A DNA stretch of 64,000 nucleotides from a virus. How positions within the stretch are numbered: position 1 is the first letter of the stretch; the number at the start of each line of letters is the position of its first letter. Positions 1 through 10,053 of this stretch are shown piece after piece. The notes beneath the pieces are model-generated. The model did not search any database, was not told the origin of the DNA, and saw only the letters and a program-made list of their open reading frames with translations. The stretch covers positions 2,802-66,801 of IMG/VR virus record IMGVR_UViG_3300013137_000017. One strand, written 5' to 3'. The translations under genes were made by a program, and so were the position numbers.

Positions 1-300
1 AGTAAAAATATGTCCAGACTATGGGCAATTAACAAACTTTCAATAAAGATCTACTGCCCTGTTTCAGAATGTCTCAGGCGATATTCAACAGAACCGAATA
101 GCCGAAATCACATTCCATACCCCTATAAAGATAAGATAAACAATACTATTAAGAGAATGTCTGTATTGCTTATGGACATAAAAAGTGACGTAATATTGTC
201 ATCTTTAGATACACCAGATAAAATGATCGAAAACCTAATTAACGAAGAAGAATTCCAAACATTTATCTCACATGTTCAAAAATCTATCGCAAATACTTGA
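1..300 (+). CDS. hypothetical protein, probably 5'-truncated by the window edge
   Basis: Frame is open from base 1 to TGA at 298-300. Confidence 0.55.
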   Translation, partial: SKNMSRLWAINKLSIKIYCPVSECLRRYSTEPNSRNHIPYPYKDKINNTIKRMSVLLMDIKSDVILSSLDTPDKMIENLINEEEFQTFISHVQKSIANT

Positions 301-339
301 CCATAACGCAGAAACATTGCAATTAGCAACAAATACATT

Positions 340-669
340 ATGACAGAAGAAGAAGAAAAACACGAAAATGCCTTGATGTTAAAAGCAGACGATGATATCA
401 AAAGGAAGAAAGAATCAGAGATTCCATTTATGCTCCACGAGCATCATAACGTAGCTAAGTTATTTCGCTTTTATTTTAAAACAAACTTCGCTTTTTATGA
501 CCCAATCATTTCTTCATCAACAAAAAAAGTATCAATAGATTTACTTAAATTTGACGATTGGCTTCATTCGATACATGGAGAATACGAAGATAAAGGATAC
601 TCTATGGAAACTTTCATTAAAGAAGAATATGGCAATGAAGCCTGTCTATTTTTCAAACGTTTGATATAA
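340..669 (+). CDS. hypothetical phage protein
   Basis: 109-aa ORF; TAATG overlap with next gene. Confidence 0.7.
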   Translation: MTEEEEKHENALMLKADDDIKRKKESEIPFMLHEHHNVAKLFRFYFKTNFAFYDPIISSSTKKVSIDLLKFDDWLHSIHGEYEDKGYSMETFIKEEYGNEACLFFKRLI

Positions 670-1058
670 TGGAGATTCTCAAATTAAATAAAGGAAACAC
701 AAGCACTTTTCCGGAAGACGCAAGACCACTAATAAGTATTACTAAAAATTCCGTAGTATTCAACTTCGCAGCAAGTGAGACACTTCACCTGAAATTAGGA
801 TCAGAAGTATTACTTGGCAGAATGAATGATGAATATTATATATCTGACGTTTCTATGAAAGATTATCGTAAAGGTTATGTACTGTATAAAATTAAAAAAA
901 AGCAGAGTTCTAATGCAAATTGTCTTAGATTTTGTACAAAAATAATATTACGCAAATCTATTCCATTAGGATACTATGTTGTCACTGAAGAGATAATATG
1001 GAATGCTGAAACTAACTTAGATTGGTGTAAAATTAAACTTATAAATCCTAAATTATGA
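669..1058 (+). CDS. hypothetical phage protein
   Basis: 129-aa ORF coupled to neighbours on both sides. Confidence 0.7.
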   Translation: MEILKLNKGNTSTFPEDARPLISITKNSVVFNFAASETLHLKLGSEVLLGRMNDEYYISDVSMKDYRKGYVLYKIKKKQSSNANCLRFCTKIILRKSIPLGYYVVTEEIIWNAETNLDWCKIKLINPKL

Positions 1059-1372
1059 TTGATAAAACACAAAACAAATTAAAAGAAGCTATTCAGCTCT
1101 CCAGGACACGCAAAGACCAGTCCCTCATTCGTTGTTTAATCGAATTACGCAACATCGAACGTCAAATCGCAAGTCGAGGTTCGAAATGTGAAATGTTCAT
1201 CTATACTGATTTCACTCCATACTCATTTTACTTCGAACATTTTGTCAACGACATCTTTTCAGGCAATGGAGGAATCATATTTCATGGAAAGCATGATGGC
1301 TTTGGAAACGGATCAGCCCCAACATTTTCTGTGACTCTTTCGCCAACAGATGGATGGTGTATACACACATAA
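1055..1372 (+). CDS. hypothetical phage protein
   Basis: 105-aa ORF; ATGA overlap; Gly/aromatic-rich C-terminus (NGGIIFHG...GWCIHT). Confidence 0.7.
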   Translation: MIDKTQNKLKEAIQLSRTRKDQSLIRCLIELRNIERQIASRGSKCEMFIYTDFTPYSFYFEHFVNDIFSGNGGIIFHGKHDGFGNGSAPTFSVTLSPTDGWCIHT

Positions 1373-1381
1373 GTCTGTATT

Positions 1382-1834
1382 ATGAAACATAAAATACCGC
1401 CAATAGAAAAGTTTAAAGAAGATATTGTTGCAATCAATAGCGATGGAGATCTTGTAAAAGCATATAATCTTCTTCTTTGGCACTTGGATAATGAAACAGA
1501 AGATGGTATTCCGGAAATAAGAGGTGGTAAGAAGCTCACATACGATTTCATAATTACAAAATATCGCCAACACATAGATCAGTGGAACTATCTCTACCAA
1601 AAGAAACTTGGCACAAAATACTTTCGTGATACAAGATTAGATGAAAAGAAAAACTTTCAAGACTTTCTCCAGGAGAGATACTACCGAAGGGAATTTGTTA
1701 TACAAAAAGGATCTTCGGAAAGAAACAGATATATCTTTGGGCAACTAAAAATCGATATCCTAAAAAAACAACTTGATGAATTCAGAAAATTATGGGAAAA
1801 GAAAGAAGACACAGAATCAACTAACTTTATTTGA
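1382..1834 (+). CDS. hypothetical protein upstream of DnaB
   Basis: 150-aa ORF overlapping the helicase start. Confidence 0.7.
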   Translation: MKHKIPPIEKFKEDIVAINSDGDLVKAYNLLLWHLDNETEDGIPEIRGGKKLTYDFIITKYRQHIDQWNYLYQKKLGTKYFRDTRLDEKKNFQDFLQERYYRREFVIQKGSSERNRYIFGQLKIDILKKQLDEFRKLWEKKEDTESTNFI

Positions 1835-3296
1835 TCATGGAAAAATTCTGCCGCAAGCATTAGATCTGGAAAAAGGAGTAATTGGCTCATTGATTCTTGA
1901 AGCACAAACATCAAACTGCAAGCATATATTGAATACTATGCGACCGGAGATATTTTATGCAGAACAGAATCAGATCATTGCATCTACATTATTAAACATG
2001 CACGAAAATGATATTCCGATAGACCTTTTAACATTAGTCGAAGAATTAAGAAAAAAAGAGGTTTTAGACTTGGTGGGAGGAGCATATTTTATCGAATCGC
2101 TTACGGATAAGGTTATCAGCTCTACAAATATTCAGTATCACTATTTTCTTATCTATCAAAAATACATAAATAGAGAACTAATACGAATATCCTCAGAAGT
2201 AACAAGTAGTGCATATAATGACACATCCGATGTTTTTGAACTTATAGATGAATATATCAATCAGATAAGCCATCTTCACATAAACATCAAAAATCTATCC
2301 AACTTAACCGCTGCAGATATTGCAGGAACATTTATCGAACAGGTACTTACACCAAAAACAGATAACTTCACTAAAAACATCATTTTAACATATGAAACAG
2401 GACACAGGCGATTTGATGAATCCGTAACTATCTCCAGGAATAAGTTTATTCTCATTGGTGGCGGCCCAAAACACGGAAAAAGCAAGTTTCTCACAGATAT
2501 CATGATTCGTTTGTTTGAAAGATATGATGACATCGCAGCTTATTGGTGTACTCTTGAAGATAGTGCTATAGACATAATGCGTTCCTACTTGGCTCAGAAA
2601 GTTCTTATAAAACCAAAGCATATTTTACTGAGGAGATTTCCCGATGATTTAACGAAGACACTTATTCACTATACTAATATTTTTAGAAAGTGGGACATTC
2701 TGTTCAGAGATACACCCATAAAAATACAAGAAGCTGTAAGTACTTTTAGGAAATTCTGTGATAGCAGACCAGACAAGTTTAACATATTCATATTTGATAA
2801 TATCATGGCTGCGTCTGATAGAGATGACTTTAAACAGAACTTGAATTCAATGTACGATCATATACTGGCAAAACTATCTCAGGCAAAATCCAGTACTAAA
2901 TCTCTCGTTATCGGAGTTCATCACTTCAACGATGCCCAACAAGATAAAGAACGACTTGTCGATGCTTATCGCCCTGTATCTAAAGACTTGAAAGGAAGCG
3001 AAGCATCTAAACGGGTACCAAATCAAGTTGTACTGGTAAATTTCCTCCGCAAGTATAAAGATCTTCTTGGAGAATACGAAGGCGATGAGAAAGAAATACT
3101 CAAATATCTTTACATTATAGATGTCGCAGAAAACAGAGAAGATACAGACTCCGACGAAACTTCCTTGATCCATTTCTTCGCAAACCTTGACTTCACTCTA
3201 TTTAAAGAAATTGAACTTAATATTCAAAAAACTGAAGAAAAACCATATGTTGAAGAAAGCGTAAAAGATTTTATAACTAAATTTCACCCAATATGA
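1776..3296 (+). CDS. dnaB: replicative DNA helicase, DnaB family
   Basis: DnaB N-domain (LPQALDLEKGVIG..., IPIDLLTLVEEL..VGGAYF); Walker A GGPKHGKS; Walker B-like FIFDN; DLKGS. ATG at 1776, alternative TTG at 1773. Confidence 0.88.
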   Translation: MNSENYGKRKKTQNQLTLFDHGKILPQALDLEKGVIGSLILEAQTSNCKHILNTMRPEIFYAEQNQIIASTLLNMHENDIPIDLLTLVEELRKKEVLDLVGGAYFIESLTDKVISSTNIQYHYFLIYQKYINRELIRISSEVTSSAYNDTSDVFELIDEYINQISHLHINIKNLSNLTAADIAGTFIEQVLTPKTDNFTKNIILTYETGHRRFDESVTISRNKFILIGGGPKHGKSKFLTDIMIRLFERYDDIAAYWCTLEDSAIDIMRSYLAQKVLIKPKHILLRRFPDDLTKTLIHYTNIFRKWDILFRDTPIKIQEAVSTFRKFCDSRPDKFNIFIFDNIMAASDRDDFKQNLNSMYDHILAKLSQAKSSTKSLVIGVHHFNDAQQDKERLVDAYRPVSKDLKGSEASKRVPNQVVLVNFLRKYKDLLGEYEGDEKEILKYLYIIDVAENREDTDSDETSLIHFFANLDFTLFKEIELNIQKTEEKPYVEESVKDFITKFHPI

Positions 3297-3490
3297 CAGA
3301 ATCTGAAAAAATAGAAGAACAAGCAAAACAAGACTTTGATTCAGCGTTTATAGAAAGTAAAGGAATAACTATTGATGATAAATTGTACATAACAGTCCGT
3401 AGTTATGTTGGATTTATCGCAAGGATCAATTTTTTACAAGGAAGAACAGCAGTAATCAATAAATTATTGGAAAAAGAATCGAATAAATGA
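3293..3490 (+). CDS. hypothetical protein
   Basis: 65-aa ORF; ATGA overlap. Confidence 0.6.
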   Translation: MTESEKIEEQAKQDFDSAFIESKGITIDDKLYITVRSYVGFIARINFLQGRTAVINKLLEKESNK

Positions 3491-3505
3491 TTATATTTGT
3501 ATCAT

Positions 3506-3769
3506 ATGAACGAACATGAATTACTAAAAGAAAGCCTGCAGCTGAGTAAGGAAATACTTCAGCATTACACAAGAGAAGGCTATGAACTTACGAAAAGATT
3601 TCACGCCCTTGAAGAACGAGCAGAACAACTGGGCAAAGAAGAAAAGAAACCATCACCGAAAGAACCTGTATCTAATACAGAGACAGAACCAGCAATTATC
3701 GCTAAACCTCCATCGAAACCGATACCTCAGGGAACTACGAAAAAGCCAATAGATGATCTTCCGTTTTAA
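3506..3769 (+). CDS. small protein with SSB-like acidic C-terminal tail
   Basis: Helical N-terminus, Pro/Lys/Glu-rich linker, ends PIDDLPF; ATG 3506 preferred over TTG 3497. Confidence 0.65.
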   Translation: MNEHELLKESLQLSKEILQHYTREGYELTKRFHALEERAEQLGKEEKKPSPKEPVSNTETEPAIIAKPPSKPIPQGTTKKPIDDLPF

Positions 3770-3951
3770 TGAGTAAACTATCGGAATACATTGATTTTCT
3801 CAACAGAGATGATTTGCCATCAAAACATGAATGGTCGTTTATCTATAATTGCATCAGTAGAACAGAACAACTATTAAAAGCACGCGAAAATTACAGAACC
3901 GCTATCAGAAAACAATTAACTGACCAACAACAATTAACATTTGATTTATGA
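3769..3951 (+). CDS. hypothetical protein
   Basis: 60-aa ORF coupled on both sides; ends QQLTFDL. Confidence 0.6.
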   Translation: MSKLSEYIDFLNRDDLPSKHEWSFIYNCISRTEQLLKARENYRTAIRKQLTDQQQLTFDL

Positions 3952-4331
3952 ATAAAAAAGAACAGCTATTAAAACGAAACGAAAACTTTGAAAAGAGTAG
4001 CAGAGAACGTAACATAATGCCATTACGGTACGAAGTAGAGGAGCTTGAACTAATCTTAAGGAGAGTTAAAGCAGAAACAGAGCTTCGGGGATATTCTATT
4101 GAATACCTTCGCGATGGGATGGTTAAAGCTCTCATTCAGTTAGAAGATATTGTAATCAAGAAAAAAGAGATATCCCTATCTGAAGCGTTTGTTACTATAA
4201 AGACAGAGATTCTTGGTGACATTAAGATAACAGACAAAGAATACGATGAAGCAAAAACTGAGTATAACAAAATAAGAAGAAAACCAAATGATAATCAAAC
4301 TAAACCCCCTGCAGATATCAGTACTGAATAA
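3948..4331 (+). CDS. hypothetical protein
   Basis: 127-aa ORF; ATGA overlap. Confidence 0.65.
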   Translation: MNKKEQLLKRNENFEKSSRERNIMPLRYEVEELELILRRVKAETELRGYSIEYLRDGMVKALIQLEDIVIKKKEISLSEAFVTIKTEILGDIKITDKEYDEAKTEYNKIRRKPNDNQTKPPADISTE

Positions 4332-4605
4332 CGACGAAGGCTCAAAAACAAAGCCATACATGTTGCATATAGGAAATGCAAAACGAATAACCAGTTATTT
4401 ATATCGAGACCTTGACGGCACATTGCTTATCCTATATGATTCAAAATGGTACGAAGTCTTTAAACCAAGCCTTTCCGAATTGCTTGAGATATGTCCGCAT
4501 CTGAAAGGAAGCCTATGGAAAAGATTTTGGGGATTTTTCAGGAAAGACAATGAATCAAAACGAGTTAAACAGAAAATATTCATGAACAAAATAATTCAAA
4601 ACTGA
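4288..4605 (+). CDS. hypothetical protein
   Basis: 105-aa ORF in the operon. Confidence 0.6.
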   Translation: MIIKLNPLQISVLNNDEGSKTKPYMLHIGNAKRITSYLYRDLDGTLLILYDSKWYEVFKPSLSELLEICPHLKGSLWKRFWGFFRKDNESKRVKQKIFMNKIIQN

Positions 4606-4606
4606 G

Positions 4607-5173
4607 ATGGCAGAAAGTAAAATTGTACTTATCAAAGCAAATAATTCAAGTTACGAAGGGAAAAGCGGTAAAACCTACTGGAGATATTCCTTGATACTTG
4701 AAGATGGCACTGAAGGAGAATGTTCAGGCCTTACAAAAGAACCGATACATGAAGTCGGAGACATGGTAGAATATACGTCAAAAAAGACAACCTACGGATT
4801 ATGGCTGACAATAAACAACCTTACAAGAAAGGATAAGAGGTCGGCTGGAAAATCTACTGACTCCTGGAACGATCCGGTATTAATACGAAAGACAGCATTG
4901 GCATTTGGATTCTCTTCCGCTGCAGATGCTTACGAAGCAATAGGCAGAGCACCAAAATCAACCGCAGACTTCATTGCCCAGGCAAAACTTTTTGGAGAGT
5001 GGTTATCTATGAATGTCGATAGGAAAGATATCATTTATCAACGTCGGGAAATACTGAAAGCATCCATCAAACTCATGGGAGAGCAATTTACCGATACAGA
5101 CAAACCATATAAAGACACCTTAAGCGGTACAATAATATCTATTGCAACAGAATTCTGGAATAGTTTCGAATGA
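4607..5173 (+). CDS. putative ssDNA-binding (OB-fold-like) protein
   Basis: Beta-rich N-terminus (GKSGKTYWRYSLILEDG...EVGDMVEYT); lies next to an exonuclease. Function inferred. Confidence 0.45.
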   Translation: MAESKIVLIKANNSSYEGKSGKTYWRYSLILEDGTEGECSGLTKEPIHEVGDMVEYTSKKTTYGLWLTINNLTRKDKRSAGKSTDSWNDPVLIRKTALAFGFSSAADAYEAIGRAPKSTADFIAQAKLFGEWLSMNVDRKDIIYQRREILKASIKLMGEQFTDTDKPYKDTLSGTIISIATEFWNSFE

Positions 5174-5174
5174 C

Positions 5175-6170
5175 ATGGACAAGGATTATGTTGACGATTT
5201 CATAAATCATACCGGCGCATTGTTTGGTGAGACAAGAAACCATCCATCTACCTTATTACAAAGAGATAATTCTTCTCGTCGTCCCGTAGCAATTATCGAC
5301 AACGGAGAATTAACAGAGATCAACATATCTTCTACTTACATAAAGAAACTCTTATATAAAGGAGAAGAACGACCGGATATTTGTCCATCCAATATATATT
5401 TTCTTGACGTAAAGCAAGAGTACAAATTTGAGCCAACGGTGTCAATGCTTTATGGATTATATGCAGAGACAAAGCTACTTGGCAAGAGCGCATATGGAAT
5501 GGTGATGGATCTGAAAAGAGATTCGAGAACAGGAAGAAAGACAGCAGATCATCTGAGGATAGATGACATGATTGATCGCATTAAACTCGTTTTCAATCGG
5601 ACTAAAATGATTGTGACTCCATCAAATACCCAGATAGAAAAGCGCATATCATGGCAAGACCCAGAAACAGACCGTACATGGCCGGGAATAAAAATATACC
5701 TGAATATAATAACGGATATCATCTCTCCCTACGAAGATGAAAAGTATTCTGTTTTCTTTGACAAACCTATTTGTATAGACTTTAAATTGGCAAAAGACAG
5801 GCATGAGTGTTTTATAAACAGATATATGCCTTGGGTATCATTTTCATGGGGTTGTCCGGAAAAGATGGATCATCTGCAAGCCATACTCTATTCCTACGTT
5901 CTCGATCTCCCGTTTATGTATCTCGTAGGGGACTACAATCCGAAAAATGCCGAGCCGGGATATAAGCCAATACCTATAAAGACAGTATCATCAATGCCGG
6001 ACGACATAGAATCAAGAACACGTCTGCGTGAATTATTCCAATCAATCCGCTGGACTATTAACAAAACTGTTGAAATGAACGAACAGGGATGGCCAGCAAT
6101 CCAGGGAGAAACGTGTAAGAAATGCCCTGTAATCTCTTGTAATTATAAATATAACACTAAACCAATATGA
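5175..6170 (+). CDS. PD-(D/E)xK exonuclease, Cas4/AddB-like with Cys cluster
   Basis: ITDII..., CIDFKL, LQAILYSY; N-terminal CP plus C-terminal CKKCPVISC; ATG 5175 preferred. Confidence 0.75.
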   Translation: MDKDYVDDFINHTGALFGETRNHPSTLLQRDNSSRRPVAIIDNGELTEINISSTYIKKLLYKGEERPDICPSNIYFLDVKQEYKFEPTVSMLYGLYAETKLLGKSAYGMVMDLKRDSRTGRKTADHLRIDDMIDRIKLVFNRTKMIVTPSNTQIEKRISWQDPETDRTWPGIKIYLNIITDIISPYEDEKYSVFFDKPICIDFKLAKDRHECFINRYMPWVSFSWGCPEKMDHLQAILYSYVLDLPFMYLVGDYNPKNAEPGYKPIPIKTVSSMPDDIESRTRLRELFQSIRWTINKTVEMNEQGWPAIQGETCKKCPVISCNYKYNTKPI

Positions 6171-6472
6171 AAAAAGAGACATTTGAAAAAGCAAAAGAAT
6201 TGATCAAAAGAATCGACTTAATAAAGAAAACGCCTTTCTATTCAGAGTCGAAAGATGAAAGCAAAACGCTTTTCCCGCGTATAATGATAGATATACAGCC
6301 TACGAAACCTTATACAAGATTCTCAATCGATGATGACTTCACAGAAGATTTAAACCCAGTCAAAGAATTCGTTAGAGATCAACTTGCGATTATTATTTCA
6401 ATGGCTGAAATGAAAATCGATCAGATAGTAACGAAATTGGAACATGAATTTGAAAATATCAGTGAACAATGA
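6167..6472 (+). CDS. hypothetical protein
   Basis: 101-aa ORF coupled on both sides. Confidence 0.65.
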   Translation: MKKETFEKAKELIKRIDLIKKTPFYSESKDESKTLFPRIMIDIQPTKPYTRFSIDDDFTEDLNPVKEFVRDQLAIIISMAEMKIDQIVTKLEHEFENISEQ

Positions 6473-7452
6473 GTCACGATCTTCATTATAACGAACAGAC
6501 GCAGAGACACAGTTTTGTCTCCGCCAAAGAAGTTCCCTGGCATAAGTTAGGGCAGATTGTAGATCACACTATGACAGCTGAAGAAGCCATATGTGAGGCA
6601 GATTTATGTTTTGACGTAGAAAAGCGTCCGATTCTTCGGGATGATAATATACCACTTGAAAACTGGATGGAAACAAGACGTATGGATACCGGCACCACAC
6701 TCGGCCTTGTAGGGAAGAACTATATGGTCATTCAAAATAAAGATTGTTTTACCTTTTTTGATCAAATCGTTGGTGAAGGTAAGGCAATATTTGAAACGGC
6801 TGGCGCACTCAAGAAAGGAGAACAAGTATTTATAACTGCAAAACTTCCGGATGAAATTGTTGTTGCAAAAGATGATATCATACAAAACTATATCGCATTG
6901 GTTACATCCCATGATATGAGTCTTGCATTGACAGCATTCTTCACTCCGGTAAGAATAGTATGCAATAATACTCTGAACGCAGCACTCAGAGATAATTTAA
7001 ACCGCGTATATCTACGACATACAAGTGGTATAAAAGAACAGATGTGGGAAGCAGCAAGAATCATGGGATTAAACTCTAAATATCTTGATAATCTCGGTCT
7101 GACTTTTAATGAACTTGCAGAAAAACCGATCACCGACAAAGAGATGGAAAAAATGATAGGAGAAGTGTTTCTTAATAATGAAGAAAAAAAGGCAATGCTC
7201 ATGGACGGTGATGCGGAAATATCCACAAGGAAAGCAAATACCATACGATCTGTCATAGAATACTATCTTGGAGATCCTACAATGGATACCATCCGTGGCA
7301 CAAAATATGGAGTGTACAATGCAATAACAGGATATTTTCAGAACGTTAAAGAATATTCGTCTGATGATCTAAAAATGAAAAATATCGTGTTGCACGGAAC
7401 CGCCTACAAATATGCACAAAAAGCATTTAATATGCTGATAAAACAAAATTAG
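6469..7452 (+). CDS. DUF932 family phage/plasmid protein
   Basis: PWHKLG, YMVIQN, FETAGALKKG, TSHD, TPVRIVCNNTL, RHT, GTKYGVYNAITGY. Confidence 0.88.
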   Translation: MSHDLHYNEQTQRHSFVSAKEVPWHKLGQIVDHTMTAEEAICEADLCFDVEKRPILRDDNIPLENWMETRRMDTGTTLGLVGKNYMVIQNKDCFTFFDQIVGEGKAIFETAGALKKGEQVFITAKLPDEIVVAKDDIIQNYIALVTSHDMSLALTAFFTPVRIVCNNTLNAALRDNLNRVYLRHTSGIKEQMWEAARIMGLNSKYLDNLGLTFNELAEKPITDKEMEKMIGEVFLNNEEKKAMLMDGDAEISTRKANTIRSVIEYYLGDPTMDTIRGTKYGVYNAITGYFQNVKEYSSDDLKMKNIVLHGTAYKYAQKAFNMLIKQN

Positions 7453-7457
7453 ATCCT

Positions 7458-8762
7458 ATGACAAAAATAAAATCATTAACAATCGAAAATTTTGCTGGCT
7501 TAGAAAAAGTATCAGTATCATTCGATGACAACTTAACTTATCTTGTTGGCCCTAACGGTAGTGGAAAAACTTCAATAATGAATGCCATATGGTTTATGTT
7601 TCAGGGAGTAGCTGAACGACCTGCAGAAAAGTCTATGGCACCACTTCTCGGAGAACGGTTCAGGTTCTTAAAAGAAGGAGAAACAACAAGAGGTTTTATG
7701 GTGATACATGATTCTGATCTCTGTTGTGATATTACAGTTAAGCGGAAGATGACAAAAGATGAAACAAAGGTATCTTTTGAAGCTGAGCGGGATACTGTTT
7801 CGTTAAATCAGAAGTGGCTGACAGACCTATTTAACGTAATGATGATCTCTCCTGACAGATTCACTGAACTAACAAGCAAACAACAGACAGAAGTAATCGG
7901 AATTGATCTCAGCGAAGAAGACAAAAAAATCAAAGATCTCAAAGAGGAATACACAATCATTAACCGTAAATTAAAAGATATTGGTACGCCTGTTCAGGTA
8001 GAAAAGGTTGAAAGAGTCAACTTATCTCAAATTATTGAGTTAAAAGATGAATACATTGATTTTAACAATATACAGACAGAAAAGCAAGCTAATATTGATA
8101 CTTACAAGAAAGAGATTGATAAAATCAATGAGACCATTGAAGAAAATAATAAAAAGATTCGAGAGTTATCGGAAATAAATCAACAACAAGAGAAACGAAG
8201 AGTAAAAGGAGAAGAATTGCTGAATTCTTTGCCTATTCCTGAACAATTAAAAAATATCAGTGTACTCGATCAGCAAATTGCCGCTGCCGCAGAAATAAAT
8301 GAAAAGGCAAAAGAGTATGAAAACTATATTAAAGAACTTGGCCTGGAAGAAACCCTCAAAAATGAACTGAAAGAGAATAAACAACAACAAGAGGGAGTAT
8401 TGAAAATGAGAATCAATAAGATAAAATCTATGGAACTTCCATTTGACAACTTATCCATTAATGAAGAAGGAGAACTTCTATTAAACGAAAGGCCGATAAA
8501 GAAACCGTATTTCTCAAAAGGACAACTCTTAAAAATTGTCCCTGCCTTACTATCGAAAAATGCAGGAAAGATGAAATGGGTATTCATTGAGGATGGAAAC
8601 CTTCTTGATAAAGACATGATGAGATCAACTATCGAATACCTGGAAGAAAGAGGATTTCAGATAGTCATGGAACTCGTCGATCATGCACCTGAACTTCAAG
8701 CACACATAATTGAAATGAAAGAATGTCGCGTTGTAAATGAATATGACAATAAAGTTAAGTGA
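7458..8762 (+). CDS. SMC/Rad50-like ATPase
   Basis: IENFAG; Walker A GPNGSGKT; long coiled coil; signature FSKGQ; Walker B VFIED. Confidence 0.82.
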   Translation: MTKIKSLTIENFAGLEKVSVSFDDNLTYLVGPNGSGKTSIMNAIWFMFQGVAERPAEKSMAPLLGERFRFLKEGETTRGFMVIHDSDLCCDITVKRKMTKDETKVSFEAERDTVSLNQKWLTDLFNVMMISPDRFTELTSKQQTEVIGIDLSEEDKKIKDLKEEYTIINRKLKDIGTPVQVEKVERVNLSQIIELKDEYIDFNNIQTEKQANIDTYKKEIDKINETIEENNKKIRELSEINQQQEKRRVKGEELLNSLPIPEQLKNISVLDQQIAAAAEINEKAKEYENYIKELGLEETLKNELKENKQQQEGVLKMRINKIKSMELPFDNLSINEEGELLLNERPIKKPYFSKGQLLKIVPALLSKNAGKMKWVFIEDGNLLDKDMMRSTIEYLEERGFQIVMELVDHAPELQAHIIEMKECRVVNEYDNKVK

Positions 8763-8976
8763 GCAAAAATTTCGGGAACTGTTAGAAACTATTTATAACC
8801 TCCCAATAGATCAATATGTCATAGTAATGGATTCTGTCATGTCGTATGATCGCCACAAAATATTATTCCCAGACAATCTTTTAGATGTTTTAAAAATTGC
8901 AGAATTAAGAAAATTATTCGATAAACTATCACCTGAACAAATAGAAAAAATAACAAAAGAATGGAAATTAGATTAA
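8737..8976 (+). CDS. hypothetical protein
   Basis: 79-aa ORF in the operon. Confidence 0.55.
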   Translation: MNMTIKLSEQKFRELLETIYNLPIDQYVIVMDSVMSYDRHKILFPDNLLDVLKIAELRKLFDKLSPEQIEKITKEWKLD

Positions 8977-9305
8977 ACAGAACAAAACTATTACACCATC
9001 TTACCTTCTTGAAAAAACACATATGAAGATCTACTATACCTATCTGTAGTTCTACGTTAATAACTCTGATAAACGGAAATATTTCCCTCAGACGCACGGA
9101 CACAGAAATAGATATTGAAGCAAGGATGAAAACGTGCTTGGAAGAACTTGGAGGTGTCGATATTCATATATTTGTCTTGGATTTTAATAAACCAACGATT
9201 TATCGACAAACAGCTGATGAAAACATGGATTTTTATCTATTGCAGATGCCTGTGATGATTGTTAATAAAAATTCTGATATTCCTAAGAAAAAGGATAAAA
9301 TATAG
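8961..9305 (+). pseudogene. internally deleted DNA polymerase III beta-clamp (DnaN)-like ORF with in-frame TGA at 9024-9026
   Basis: Manual translation: MEIRLNRTKLLHHLTFLKKHI*RSTIPICSSTLITLINGNISLRRTDTEIDIEARMKTCLEELGGVDIHIFVLDFNKPTIYRQTADENMDFYLLQMPVMIV...; first half resembles the DnaN N-terminus, second half the DnaN C-terminus. Confidence 0.65.
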
Positions 9306-9338
9306 CTTATATTTATATTTCTTTTGTTTTAAGGGTTG

Positions 9339-9376
9339 CCAGCGGGGAAGAGAATATTTCTTTCCTGCTGGTTTTT
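9339..9376 (+). terminator. intrinsic terminator
   Basis: 13-bp stem CCAGCGGGGAAGA/TCTTTCCTGCTGG (2 G-U pairs), 7-nt loop, then TTTTT. Confidence 0.75.
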
Positions 9377-9386
9377 ACAAAAACAT

Positions 9387-9626
9387 ATGTTTAACCAAGA
9401 ACACTCATTAGAAATTCTCAACAAGATACGGCCTGTTGAACGAGCTGACTTTCTTGATGAGAAAGGACAAGCGATATGGCCTACAATATTCTTTATCCAC
9501 ACATTCCATAGTAATATGATTGAAGAACATCACAAACATAAAGGATTTGATGCAACACGATGGTATCCGTGGGCTAAGTCAGGAAGGATGTATGTTAAAA
9601 AACGCATTCAAGGAGAGACATTATGA
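9387..9626 (+). CDS. hypothetical protein
   Basis: ATG 9387 lies after the terminator; the track's TTG start at 9336 would run through the hairpin. Confidence 0.6.
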   Translation: MFNQEHSLEILNKIRPVERADFLDEKGQAIWPTIFFIHTFHSNMIEEHHKHKGFDATRWYPWAKSGRMYVKKRIQGETL

Positions 9627-10046
9627 TGCTACTATCAAGAATCAACAAGAATATCTTCTATCTTATTATTCCTAAGAGATACAGAAAAAAACACGAAAAA
9701 GAACTTGAAAAATTCATCTGTAACAGAAAAGAAAATGTTCCAATCAGTGTTTGCAAAATCACTGAAGGATATACAGATGAAGTTAGCATTGCACCAGGAT
9801 ATAAAATCCTCATCGAAGAAATTACACAAAAAGAACGAAAGAAAGGATTCGAATTCAAAACCCACGACTTCTACCTCATCGTTACAGATCCCCTTTCGGA
9901 TAACACACTATTCGTTAAAAATACCAGAAGATCTGGAAAAGATTGAATTAATAAATGACCACCGAATGAAGTTCAACCTTACAATTGAGATATCACCAGA
10001 TTATATCAACATCGTAGATCCTAATCAACTAAATTTGTTCGAATAA
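9623..10046 (+). CDS. hypothetical protein, possibly one gene split by a +1 frameshift at A5 (9917-9921)
   Basis: ORFs 9623..9946 and 9705..10046 overlap on the same strand; removing one A gives ...DNTLFVK-IPEDLEK...QLNLFE. Confidence 0.45.
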
Positions 10047-10053
10047 TATAATT

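Noticed and set aside
3467-3499. + strand Bacteroidota promoter (TTG-N22-TATATTTG)
   Set aside because: Spacing exceeds the consensus and it leaves almost no leader before ATG 3506; plausible but not well supported.
5175-6170. CRISPR-Cas system (Cas4-like gene)
   Set aside because: No array or other cas genes seen; solo Cas4-like nucleases are common in phages.
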